Origin: Clostridia bacterium | Lineage (GTDB): Bacteria > Bacillota > Peptococcia > DRI-13 > SM3-B62 | Length of the DNA stretch: 64,000 nucleotides | Assembly: GCA_018432615.1 (NCBI GenBank) | Contig: JAHDSQ010000004.1 | Span: 105,234 to 169,233, forward strand | Reading direction: 5' to 3' | Shown: one piece after another, positions 1-7,330 of the stretch | Layout of the letters: every line of letters starts with the position of its first letter | Numbering within the stretch: the first letter of the stretch is position 1 | The notes under the pieces: model-generated | The model's database searches: none | Told to the model about the DNA's origin: nothing | The model's input: the letters and a program-made list of their open reading frames with translations, nothing else | Position numbers and translations under genes: made by a program

Positions 1-112
1 AGACATTATCGCTCCGGTGATGCTTCCTTTGTCGTTGAAGCAAGATAGATTTGATTGATTTCGGTTTCCAAGCTTGAAATCGATTGTATAAAAAAAGAGA
101 GCAACAGCTTGC

Positions 113-146
113 AGCATAAGCAGCCTAATCGGCTGCTTATGCTTTA
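113..146 (+). terminator. Terminator-like hairpin closing an upstream + strand gene
   Basis: 13-bp perfect stem agcataagcagcc / ggctgcttatgct (113-125 / 131-143) with a 5-nt loop, followed by a short T tract. Confidence 0.45.
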
Positions 147-282
147 TCAAAACAAAAAGTGACCGAGGACCATTATCTTAATATAATTTTTCTTAATTAC
201 ACGCATATTACACTTATGATTTTTTTATTTCCTCTTGATTTATACGCATCAAATGCGTATGATATAATCAAGAGGTGAGGGA

Positions 283-429
283 GTGAAACGGAAAGACTTA
301 ATAAAAATACTAACAAAAAACGGATGGTGGTTAGAAAGGAATGGATTAAAGAACGAACCGATTCCTCGCCACAACGAAATAGATGAAATGCTGGTAAAAG
401 CAATCATCAAACGGCAAGGGCTGAAATAA
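283..429 (+). CDS. hicA: HicA-family toxin, internally shortened (48 aa), probably inactive
   Basis: Not in the ORF track (<60 aa). GTG at 283 follows gaggtgaggga. Translation is VKRKDLIKILTKNGWWLERNGLKNEPIPRHNEIDEMLVKAIIKRQGLK. It has the HicA N-terminus (DLIK.L..NGW) and PRHxEI tail but lacks the G-x-H strand. It lies 46 nt upstream of hicB. Confidence 0.55.
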   Translation: MKRKDLIKILTKNGWWLERNGLKNEPIPRHNEIDEMLVKAIIKRQGLK

Positions 430-475
430 GTGCTTCCTCTAAAATATAATTCACAAAAACAAGGAGGTTCACACA

Positions 476-865
476 ATGAAAAAAGTTTATCCTGTAATAT
501 TAACTCCAAGCAAAAAAGGTTATGTTGCTTATGTGCCGGACCTTGATATTAATACACAAGGCACCGATATAATCGATACCATTGAAATGGTCCGCGATGC
601 GATAGGCTTATGGGGTATTAGCGAAGAAGACGCTGGAAGAACTATCCCTGAGGCTTCACTGAAATCATCTGTTGAATGTGAAGAAAACGAAATTGTTACA
701 TTGGTCGATATTAACTTTGCAGCATATCGTAGGGCTCATGACATGCGAACCATCCGTAAAAATCTTACCCTTCCCAGCTGGCTCAACGATCGTGCAGAAA
801 AGGCTGGTGTAAACTTCTCGCAAATCCTACAAGAAGGATTAAAAGAAAAACTCGGTATTCAGTGA
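476..865 (+). CDS. hicB: HicB-family antitoxin with C-terminal RHH DNA-binding tail
   Basis: N-terminus YPVILTPSKKGYVAYVPDL...GTDIIDTIEMVRDAI is typical of the HicB fold. C-terminus KNLTLPSWLNDRAEKAGVNFSQILQEGLKEKL is RHH-like. RBS aaggagg precedes the ATG. Confidence 0.8.
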   Translation: MKKVYPVILTPSKKGYVAYVPDLDINTQGTDIIDTIEMVRDAIGLWGISEEDAGRTIPEASLKSSVECEENEIVTLVDINFAAYRRAHDMRTIRKNLTLPSWLNDRAEKAGVNFSQILQEGLKEKLGIQ

Positions 866-959
866 CTTAAGAGGTCTTAACTGGTTGCTCATTTATAAAG
901 TTGAGCATGACATACTTGTTTTGACTCTTACTCGCACTGGAACTGTACGCCAAGCTTGA
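864..959 (+). pseudogene. 3' remnant of a YafQ/RelE-family toxin gene
   Basis: The frame reads DLRGLNWLLIYKVEHDILVLTLTRTGTVRQA*. WLLIYK..D.LVLTL.RTGT matches the conserved C-terminus of YafQ-type mRNA interferases. No start codon or N-terminal part is present. Confidence 0.5.
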
Positions 960-990
960 AACGGATTGTATAAAATGTATAAAAAAAATA

Positions 991-1013
991 GAGCAGCCGA
1001 TTGCTGCTCTTTT
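991..1013. terminator. Bidirectional intrinsic terminator
   Basis: Stem gagcagc / gctgctc with loop cgatt, an A8 run upstream and T4 downstream. It sits between the + remnant and the - strand ORF at 1029-1217. Confidence 0.55.
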
Positions 1014-1028
1014 CATTACAAAGCCATA

Positions 1029-1217
1029 TTATCTTCTAATAAACCTTCGCGGCAGAACTTCCCTTTTAATCGGGGTGCTACCCATTGAACGCAACTGTTC
1101 ATCGATATCCTCAATGCGAACTAGGATGGACATTTTGTTGGTATGCTCAGCTGTAAGCCAAGCTTTAACCAAACGGTCACGTTCTGAAAGCAAACGATTT
1201 TGCCGATTATCAGACAT
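1029..1217 (-). CDS. Hypothetical small protein (62 aa)
   Basis: ORF only; no family recognised. The terminator lies just downstream on its strand. Confidence 0.3.
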   Translation of the reverse strand: MSDNRQNRLLSERDRLVKAWLTAEHTNKMSILVRIEDIDEQLRSMGSTPIKREVLPRRFIRR

Positions 1218-1578
1218 ATTAACACCACACTTTTTTCGTAATTGGGTAAAGCAGAATTTTGTTTCTTGTTATTATTATAACCTATAAAATACAAAATGTT
1301 AAGACTTTAAACAAACATAATTATAATTTTAATCATTATTATAAATTTTTGTGTACGTCGCTACAACCCGTATACACTAAGAAATACAAGACAGAAGATA
1401 GCAAACTAGGCTGAAAAAGAAAATCAAATATTTACACATATAAATATTAAACAAGAATTAAATCATATCAAACTTGACAGGGCTTGCGACAACCATTATC
1501 AACAGTATAGTTAATAAACGTTAATAATACTTGACAATACTTCTCGATTCCTCTATCCTTGACTTGGAGGTGTTATTT

Positions 1579-2328
1579 ATGTCCAAAGAACTAATAACCG
1601 CTCAGGACTTGGCTGAAGCTTTAAATCTTTCTGTGGAAACGATTTGGAGGTATACAAGAGAGAATAGAATACCCTACCTTGAATTAGGCAATAAACAGTA
1701 CCGTTACAACCTTAATGAAGTAATCAACGCTTTGGCCGGTACGGTGCGGGAAAAAAAAGCCAGCTATGCAACCGATACCACAAGAAAGTATACCTATCAG
1801 GATTACCTGGAAATACCGGATGAACCGGGTTATCGTTTTGAAATCCTGGAGGGGTTGCTGATCAAAGAACCTGCGCCTAATGTGATGCATCAGCGAGTTT
1901 CCCGGCGGCTTCAACGCTGCCTGGAGGACTATTTCTGGGAGGTCGATCCCACCGGAGAAATATTCAATGCGCCGTTAGACGTAACCTTTCACGATACCAC
2001 CGTGGTTCAACCTGATCTGCTCTATATCTCGGGAGAACAGAAAAAATTGGTCAAAGAGACCCGGATTGACGGCCCGCCTACGCTGGCGGTTGAAATACTG
2101 TCCCCTTCTAGCAGGCGTAAGGATAGGCTGCAGAAACTCAATATTTACCAGAAGGTTGGGGTACGTCACTATTGGATCGTGGATCCCGAGGAAAAAACCT
2201 TGGAGTGTTTCGCTCTTCGGGATGGTGCCTATGCCCTGGTTGCCTCCGGGATGGAGGAGGATGTTGTGGAGCATCCACACTTTGAAGGTCTTGTCGTTTC
2301 TCTGAAGGAATTATGGGCTGTAAATTGA
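1579..2328 (+). CDS. Excisionase/MerR-type HTH fused to a Uma2 (DUF820) PD-(D/E)xK endonuclease
   Basis: ATG at 1579 follows ggagg. N-terminus ITAQDLAEALNLSVETIWRYTRENRIPY is an HTH. The rest matches Uma2: YTYQDYLEIPDEPGYRFEILEGLLI...PDLLYISGE...PPTLAVEILSPSS...DRLQKLNIYQKVGVRHYWIVDPE. Confidence 0.75.
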   Translation: MSKELITAQDLAEALNLSVETIWRYTRENRIPYLELGNKQYRYNLNEVINALAGTVREKKASYATDTTRKYTYQDYLEIPDEPGYRFEILEGLLIKEPAPNVMHQRVSRRLQRCLEDYFWEVDPTGEIFNAPLDVTFHDTTVVQPDLLYISGEQKKLVKETRIDGPPTLAVEILSPSSRRKDRLQKLNIYQKVGVRHYWIVDPEEKTLECFALRDGAYALVASGMEEDVVEHPHFEGLVVSLKELWAVN

Positions 2329-2344
2329 GATAGGAGCTGGTAAC

Positions 2345-2620
2345 ATGGAATTAGCAAAAGTTACTGTTCGAGGGCAAATCACAATACCTAAGGAAATACG
2401 TAAAAAGTTGAATATCAAAGATGGCGACAAAGTGGTTTTCCTGGAAGAAAACGGGAAAATAATCATTGAAAACTCTGCAATGGTTGCCCTGCGAGAGGTA
2501 CAGTACGCTTTCAAAGGCGAAGCGGAAAGGCTTGGTTTGAAGAATGAGCAGGACCTAGTAGATATGGTAAAAGAAGTCAGAAGGGAAATGTGGAAAGAAA
2601 GCCATGCGGATCATGATTGA
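2345..2620 (+). CDS. AbrB/MazE/SpoVT-family DNA-binding protein (antitoxin-like)
   Basis: N-terminal swapped-hairpin motif KVTVRGQITIPKEIRKKLNIKDGDKVVFLEENGKIII. Confidence 0.75.
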   Translation: MELAKVTVRGQITIPKEIRKKLNIKDGDKVVFLEENGKIIIENSAMVALREVQYAFKGEAERLGLKNEQDLVDMVKEVRREMWKESHADHD

Positions 2621-2754
2621 TAGATGAAAGCGCACGCTATAGATAAATATCAGGCTGGGAATTAAATAAGGTTGGATTTATGAGGTTATTTTACTGTATG
2701 TTGTGATATAATCATATTATAAACGGCCTGCAAAGGAGTGGGTTTATTGTGAGC

Positions 2755-2925
2755 ATGGTTAAAGAAGAAGCTAAAAAAATTATAGATAAATTGCCTGAAC
2801 AAGCAACATGGGATGATATAATGTATCAACTTTATGTGAAGAAAAAAATTGAGGCTTCGATCAAAGCTGCTGAAGAAGGAAAAGTTATTTCGCATGAAGA
2901 AGTGAGAAAGAGGTTCATAATGTAA
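2755..2925 (+). CDS. Small antitoxin partner of the downstream RelE/ParE toxin (56 aa)
   Basis: Not in the ORF track. Translation is MVKEEAKKIIDKLPEQATWDDIMYQLYVKKKIEASIKAAEEGKVISHEEVRKRFIM. Its stop overlaps the toxin start (taATG at 2923-2927). An alternative GTG start is at 2749. Confidence 0.6.
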   Translation: MVKEEAKKIIDKLPEQATWDDIMYQLYVKKKIEASIKAAEEGKVISHEEVRKRFIM

Positions 2926-3236
2926 TGAATATACGTTGGTCAGAACCGGCAGTTATGGATTTGGAGAATATAAGAAATTATATTGCCAGGGATTCAGAAT
3001 ATTATGCGGCTGATTTTGTTGCAAGAGTTATAGGGTCTGTAGAAAAACTATGTATATTACCAAGAATGGGAAGAAAAGTACCGGAAATTGATAATGAGAA
3101 AATAAGAGAGATTATTTTCCAAAACTATCGCATTGTATACCGTAAAGAGTATGATAACGAAGTTCTTATATTAGGGATAATACACGCAGCAAGAGAGTTT
3201 AATAGCATTAATCTCCACCCTTGGGAAATCAGATGA
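2925..3236 (+). CDS. RelE/ParE-family type II toxin
   Basis: The pattern W...A..DL..I..YI........A..F...I......L...P..G......IRE....NYRIVYR......V.IL.IIHAAR is typical of ParE/RelE. Confidence 0.8.
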   Translation: MNIRWSEPAVMDLENIRNYIARDSEYYAADFVARVIGSVEKLCILPRMGRKVPEIDNEKIREIIFQNYRIVYRKEYDNEVLILGIIHAAREFNSINLHPWEIR

Positions 3237-3487
3237 TTTCTAAGGGTGTATTTTATTAATTCGTTCTCGTCAGACTATCCCATCTTATATACTGCAATCA
3301 TGGAGGATATCGACTCCTGCACAATTCCCGGCAAAATACATGTAATGTCTCCCGGTTGTAATTTTCCTCCCGATGTTATATTATTTTATCCGGGTAGTAA
3401 GTGCCTGTCTGAATTTACCTGGGTGTCAAGGCAGGAGAAGAACAAGGTGATGTAGAATAGCAACCCTTAAACCGAAAGAGGTAGCTT

Positions 3488-4078
3488 ATGCTTAATAGAC
3501 CCAAGAAGCTCAAAACAGCCACTGTAGTGTTTATGATGCTTTTTTTTACGGCTTTTTCTCTCAAGGCCTATGAGCAGTTGATGACTAAATCCTTCTTCGA
3601 CAACTGGCTGCGGCTGGAGACCTCTTCTGTGGAGCAGCGGATTGAAAACCTTAAGAAGGATTTCTCCGAGATGGAAAAGACGCTTAAAGAGATGCAAAGC
3701 ACTTTATTTACCGAGGTAAAAATAATAATTGGGCAGAAAACCGCCTGGCTGGACGGGAAAGAAACCGCCTTGGACGTGGCTCCCGTAATCAAAAACGACA
3801 GGACCATGGTTCCCGTCCGTTTTATCGGAGAACTTTTCGGAGCTTCCTTCGAGTGGGATAACGAAGCAAGAAAGGTCTCCTTTATCCTGGATGGTACCAA
3901 TATTGAATTATATATTGATAGAAAAAACGCTACAGTGAATAACAAAACTATAGAGCTTGATACCGCACCGGTCATCGTTGATGGCCGTACCCTCGTACCT
4001 TTGAGGTTTGTAGGGGAACAAATGCAGGCCTCTTTTACCTGGGACGGTGAGCAACGAGCCGTTACCATCTTTCGTTAG
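3488..4078 (+). CDS. Secreted copper-amine-oxidase N-terminal-like ('stalk') domain protein
   Basis: Signal/TM segment TATVVFMMLFFTAFSL, a coiled segment, then two repeats of the CuAO-N pattern (LDVAPVIKNDRTMVPVRFIGELFGASFEWD ; LDTAPVIVDGRTLVPLRFVGEQMQASFTWD). Confidence 0.75.
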   Translation: MLNRPKKLKTATVVFMMLFFTAFSLKAYEQLMTKSFFDNWLRLETSSVEQRIENLKKDFSEMEKTLKEMQSTLFTEVKIIIGQKTAWLDGKETALDVAPVIKNDRTMVPVRFIGELFGASFEWDNEARKVSFILDGTNIELYIDRKNATVNNKTIELDTAPVIVDGRTLVPLRFVGEQMQASFTWDGEQRAVTIFR

Positions 4079-4146
4079 CCTGCAAGGTTAGGGACGGTAT
4101 CGGCCGATACCCCCTATAATATATGCAGGTTGGAAGGGTGATGGGA

Positions 4147-5034
4147 ATGAATAAATCAAAACTGACAATAATTGCTCTTTTTTTGTTCATAGTCGTCGGG
4201 GCGGGATACTTTGCCTACGACTCATATTTTCAACTTGAACCGCAAAAAGAAGAAGAAGAGGAAAAAATTCTGGGCTATACCGAAGAGTCTCTTCTCTTCG
4301 ATAAGTTTAATATCCTGATACTGGGTACCGACGGAAGGGCGGGAGTGAATTCCCGTACCGATACGATTATGCTGGCCTCTGTGGACGGCAAAGAAAAAGA
4401 AGCTTTCCTTCTTTCAATACCCAGGGATACACGTGTCAAAGTCAAAGGAGGGTGGGATAAGGTTAATGCCGCCTATGCTTACGGAGGAGTCGAACTGACC
4501 TTGGAAACCGTCTCCGATTTCCTTGACGTCAGGATAGACCGCTATGTAGTGGTGGACTTTACGAGCTTGGTTGAGCTGGTTGACGAAGTCGGCGGTATTG
4601 AAGTGGACGTTCCTCTGCGGATGTACGTTCCGTTGGAAGGTATTGACCTTCAGCCGGGACTTCAATCCCTCGACGGTGAACAAGTCTTGGCCTATTCCCG
4701 TTTCCGCGGCACCAGCGAAGGCGATATCGGCAGGGCCAAACGCCAGCAGGAAGTCGTGTCCCTTCTCTTTGCAAAGCTGCTGAGTCCTTCTAATATCACA
4801 AGGGCACCGCAGCTGATAGATATTTTTCAAGAAAATGTAGAAACAGATATGACCGTAAAAGAAATGGTCGCCTTGCTCCGTATAGCGCCTGCCGTGCAGG
4901 ATAAAGGCATAGCCGCACAGGTTGTGCCGGGGCAAAACAAAAAAATAGACGGTCTCTGGTACTGGGAACCCGACCTGGCGGAATTGGCCGGGCTTTTGTC
5001 CGCCTCTATCGCAGCGGTGGCAGACAGCCGCTAG
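4147..5034 (+). CDS. LCP (LytR-CpsA-Psr) family wall-polymer ligase
   Basis: TM anchor plus FNILILGTDGR...SRTDTIMLASV....AFLLSIPRDT...YSRFR. The start is chosen by RBS ggaaggg spacing; the track ORF begins at 4123. Confidence 0.85.
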   Translation: MNKSKLTIIALFLFIVVGAGYFAYDSYFQLEPQKEEEEEKILGYTEESLLFDKFNILILGTDGRAGVNSRTDTIMLASVDGKEKEAFLLSIPRDTRVKVKGGWDKVNAAYAYGGVELTLETVSDFLDVRIDRYVVVDFTSLVELVDEVGGIEVDVPLRMYVPLEGIDLQPGLQSLDGEQVLAYSRFRGTSEGDIGRAKRQQEVVSLLFAKLLSPSNITRAPQLIDIFQENVETDMTVKEMVALLRIAPAVQDKGIAAQVVPGQNKKIDGLWYWEPDLAELAGLLSASIAAVADSR

Positions 5035-5079
5035 CCTTTGAGGCCGGGCGGTACATGGACAAGTTAGTGGAGGAGTGCT

Positions 5080-6027
5080 ATGGATTCCGAATCGAATGTA
5101 AACCTGCCGCGCCTGCAGCGAAAAAAAAGAAGCAACATCAAGCCGGCCGGAATATGCCTACTATTGATATTTTTCCTTTTATGCGCTATGCTGGGCTTCA
5201 TGGCAGCTCGCTGGTTTTATGACCCCTTGGTGCCTACAGATAAAAAAAGCGATGATACCCAGGCAACTCATGCCTCCGACGATATCCTCAATGTTTTAAT
5301 TTTAGGTGTGGACCAGCGGGAGAATGAGCCTGCCCGTGCCGATACAATCATTTTGGCATTCTTGAACCTGACCAAAAAGGAAGCGACACTGCTTTCGATC
5401 CCCCGGGATACCAGGGTTAAGATTGCCGAAGAAGGAACCATGCGTAAGATTAATTACGCCCATGCCGTAGGAGGCGTGGATATGACGATTGCCACCGTGG
5501 AGAATTTCCTGGATGTTCCCGTTCATTACTATGTTGAGACGAATTTCGACGGTTTTGAAAACGTTATTGACATCCTGGGAGGCGTGACTCTGAATGTAGA
5601 AGAGGTAATGTACTTTCCCGAAGAAGGAATCGACCTTAAAGATGGTTTGCAGACCTTAAACGGCCATGATGCCCTTTCCTATTGCAGGTGGCGTGGTGAC
5701 GGCCAGGGTGATATCGGCCGCATCGCCCGGCAGCAGAAATTCGCCGGTGCCTTACTGGATCAAGCAATCAGTTTATCTACCGTTTGGAAAGTGCCTGAGC
5801 TTTTGGCAGAAATGGATGAGCATTTGAAAACAAATATGAGTCTGCAGAAGATGATTGCCCTGGCCAACAAGTTTAAGAACCTAGAAGAAGTTAAATTCGA
5901 AACCCACATGGTGCCGGGGGCCCCGGACGATGTTAATTACGGGGCAAGCTACTGGATAGCCGACGACAGCGCACTGAAAGTTTTATTGGAAGAGATCCAT
6001 CAAGAAGAGAAGAAAGAGGAAGCATAA
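5080..6027 (+). CDS. LCP (LytR-CpsA-Psr) family wall-polymer ligase, paralog
   Basis: LNVLILGVDQRE...RADTIILAFLN....ATLLSIPRDTRV...YCRWR; TM anchor at the N-terminus. Confidence 0.85.
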   Translation: MDSESNVNLPRLQRKKRSNIKPAGICLLLIFFLLCAMLGFMAARWFYDPLVPTDKKSDDTQATHASDDILNVLILGVDQRENEPARADTIILAFLNLTKKEATLLSIPRDTRVKIAEEGTMRKINYAHAVGGVDMTIATVENFLDVPVHYYVETNFDGFENVIDILGGVTLNVEEVMYFPEEGIDLKDGLQTLNGHDALSYCRWRGDGQGDIGRIARQQKFAGALLDQAISLSTVWKVPELLAEMDEHLKTNMSLQKMIALANKFKNLEEVKFETHMVPGAPDDVNYGASYWIADDSALKVLLEEIHQEEKKEEA

Positions 6028-6084
6028 AAAATAAATAAAAATAATAGCTTGTAATATGGAACTTATATAAGGGGATATGCGTCT

Positions 6085-6822
6085 ATGAAAATAGAGACGG
6101 TTTCCGTTTTAGGTGTCAAGGTGGCCCGGATGTCCTTGCAGCAAGTTGTAGAGTGGATTCGGGTCATGGTAGAACAGGGAAAACCCCGGCATATTGTAAC
6201 CGCTAATGCCGAGGTGATTTACAAAGCCCATGTTGAACCGGAGTATCTTGAACTCCTGCAAAAGTCCGATCTGGTAACAGCGGACGGTTCCGGCGTGGTC
6301 CTGGCAGCAAACATGCTGGGTCAGCCCGTTCCCGAAAGGGTAGCGGGTATAGACCTGGTTGCGGAAGTCTTTGAACTGGCCGCGGAAAAAAACTGGAGCA
6401 TCTATTTTCTGGGTGCGGAACCTGATGTAGTGGAAAAAGCCGTTTTGCATACCCTGGAAAAATATCCGAGCTTGCAGATCAAGGGCTATCGCGACGGCTA
6501 TTATTCCCAGGAGGAAACCGAACAGGTAGTGTCGAATATCAATAAACTAAAGCCGGATATCTTGCTGGTGGCCTTGGGAGTACCCAAGCAAGAGGTTTTC
6601 ATCCAGCAGTATCTTAAGGAACTGGATGTTCCCTTATCCATCGGCGTAGGAGGCTCCTTTGATATCTTAGCCGGGACGGCTACCAGGGCACCCGTCTGGA
6701 TGCAAAGGGTAGGCCTGGAATGGTCCTACCGCCTGTTTAAAGAACCACGGCGCTTCAAGCGAATGCTGGCCCTGCCCAAGTTCGTTTTAGCCGTACTCAA
6801 GCAAAAGTTAACAAGGAAATAA
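6085..6822 (+). CDS. tagA: WecB/TagA/CpsF-family glycosyltransferase (ManNAc transferase type)
   Basis: VLGVKV...IVTANAEVIY.........L.KSDLVTADGSGVVLA...LG...PERVAGIDL...YFLGA.P.V and C-terminal EWSYRL..EPRR..R are family hallmarks. Confidence 0.85.
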   Translation: MKIETVSVLGVKVARMSLQQVVEWIRVMVEQGKPRHIVTANAEVIYKAHVEPEYLELLQKSDLVTADGSGVVLAANMLGQPVPERVAGIDLVAEVFELAAEKNWSIYFLGAEPDVVEKAVLHTLEKYPSLQIKGYRDGYYSQEETEQVVSNINKLKPDILLVALGVPKQEVFIQQYLKELDVPLSIGVGGSFDILAGTATRAPVWMQRVGLEWSYRLFKEPRRFKRMLALPKFVLAVLKQKLTRK

Positions 6823-6930
6823 CGTTCTAGGCAGCTTGACAATACATATAATAGAACGATGAAGACAGCTAAACCGCCAACTTCAAGACGTGGTCCTGGC
6901 TTTCGAATATTATGATATATTTGCAGGAAT

Positions 6931-7044
6931 TTGACATCGAGTGGAGAATGTACTATATTTACAAGGGGTTACAGCTCTTGTCGGAAGCGGTCTCCTTGAT
7001 ACTTCCAATTTTCCTGTTGACTTGAAGTGCTTCTGTGATATAAT
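6931..7044 (+). promoter_or_regulatory. Two candidate sigma-A promoters ahead of a ~280-nt S-layer mRNA leader
   Basis: TTGACA(6931)-17 nt-TATATT(6954), and TTGACT(7017)-16 nt-TATAAT(7039) with a TG-extended -10. There is a 508-nt non-coding gap before the TTG start at 7331. Confidence 0.35.
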
Positions 7045-7330
7045 GTGTTGTAGTGCTTGCCCGTGCATTGGCATAAGGCTTGCATAAAAATAAAAACAAA
7101 ATCTTTGGATTTAGGTTAATTGCTTGACCACCTTTGAAAGGGGGGATACGGCCACAGAGAGCTGGTATAGACTACATAGGTGAGTATGAAAAGGTTCCCG
7201 AAAATGCCTCCGCCAAGCTTGTTGCTTACGGTAGGACGGCAGGAACCAAGCCGGAAAAAAGATAACCGGCGAGACCGTCCATCAAGGATGGAGGGTTCAG
7301 AACCTTTAAAACTTTAAGGAGGGATATAGT

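Noticed and set aside
3246-3455. 69-aa ORF between the RelE/ParE gene and the CuAO-N domain gene
   Set aside because: No RBS, an odd composition and no recognisable family. More likely it is the promoter/leader region of the downstream gene.
7050-7330. tRNA or small RNA gene in the S-layer upstream region (ggttcagaacc hairpin)
   Set aside because: There is no cloverleaf and no T-loop consensus (GTTCRAnYC with a 7-nt loop). It is interpreted as part of the long mRNA leader.
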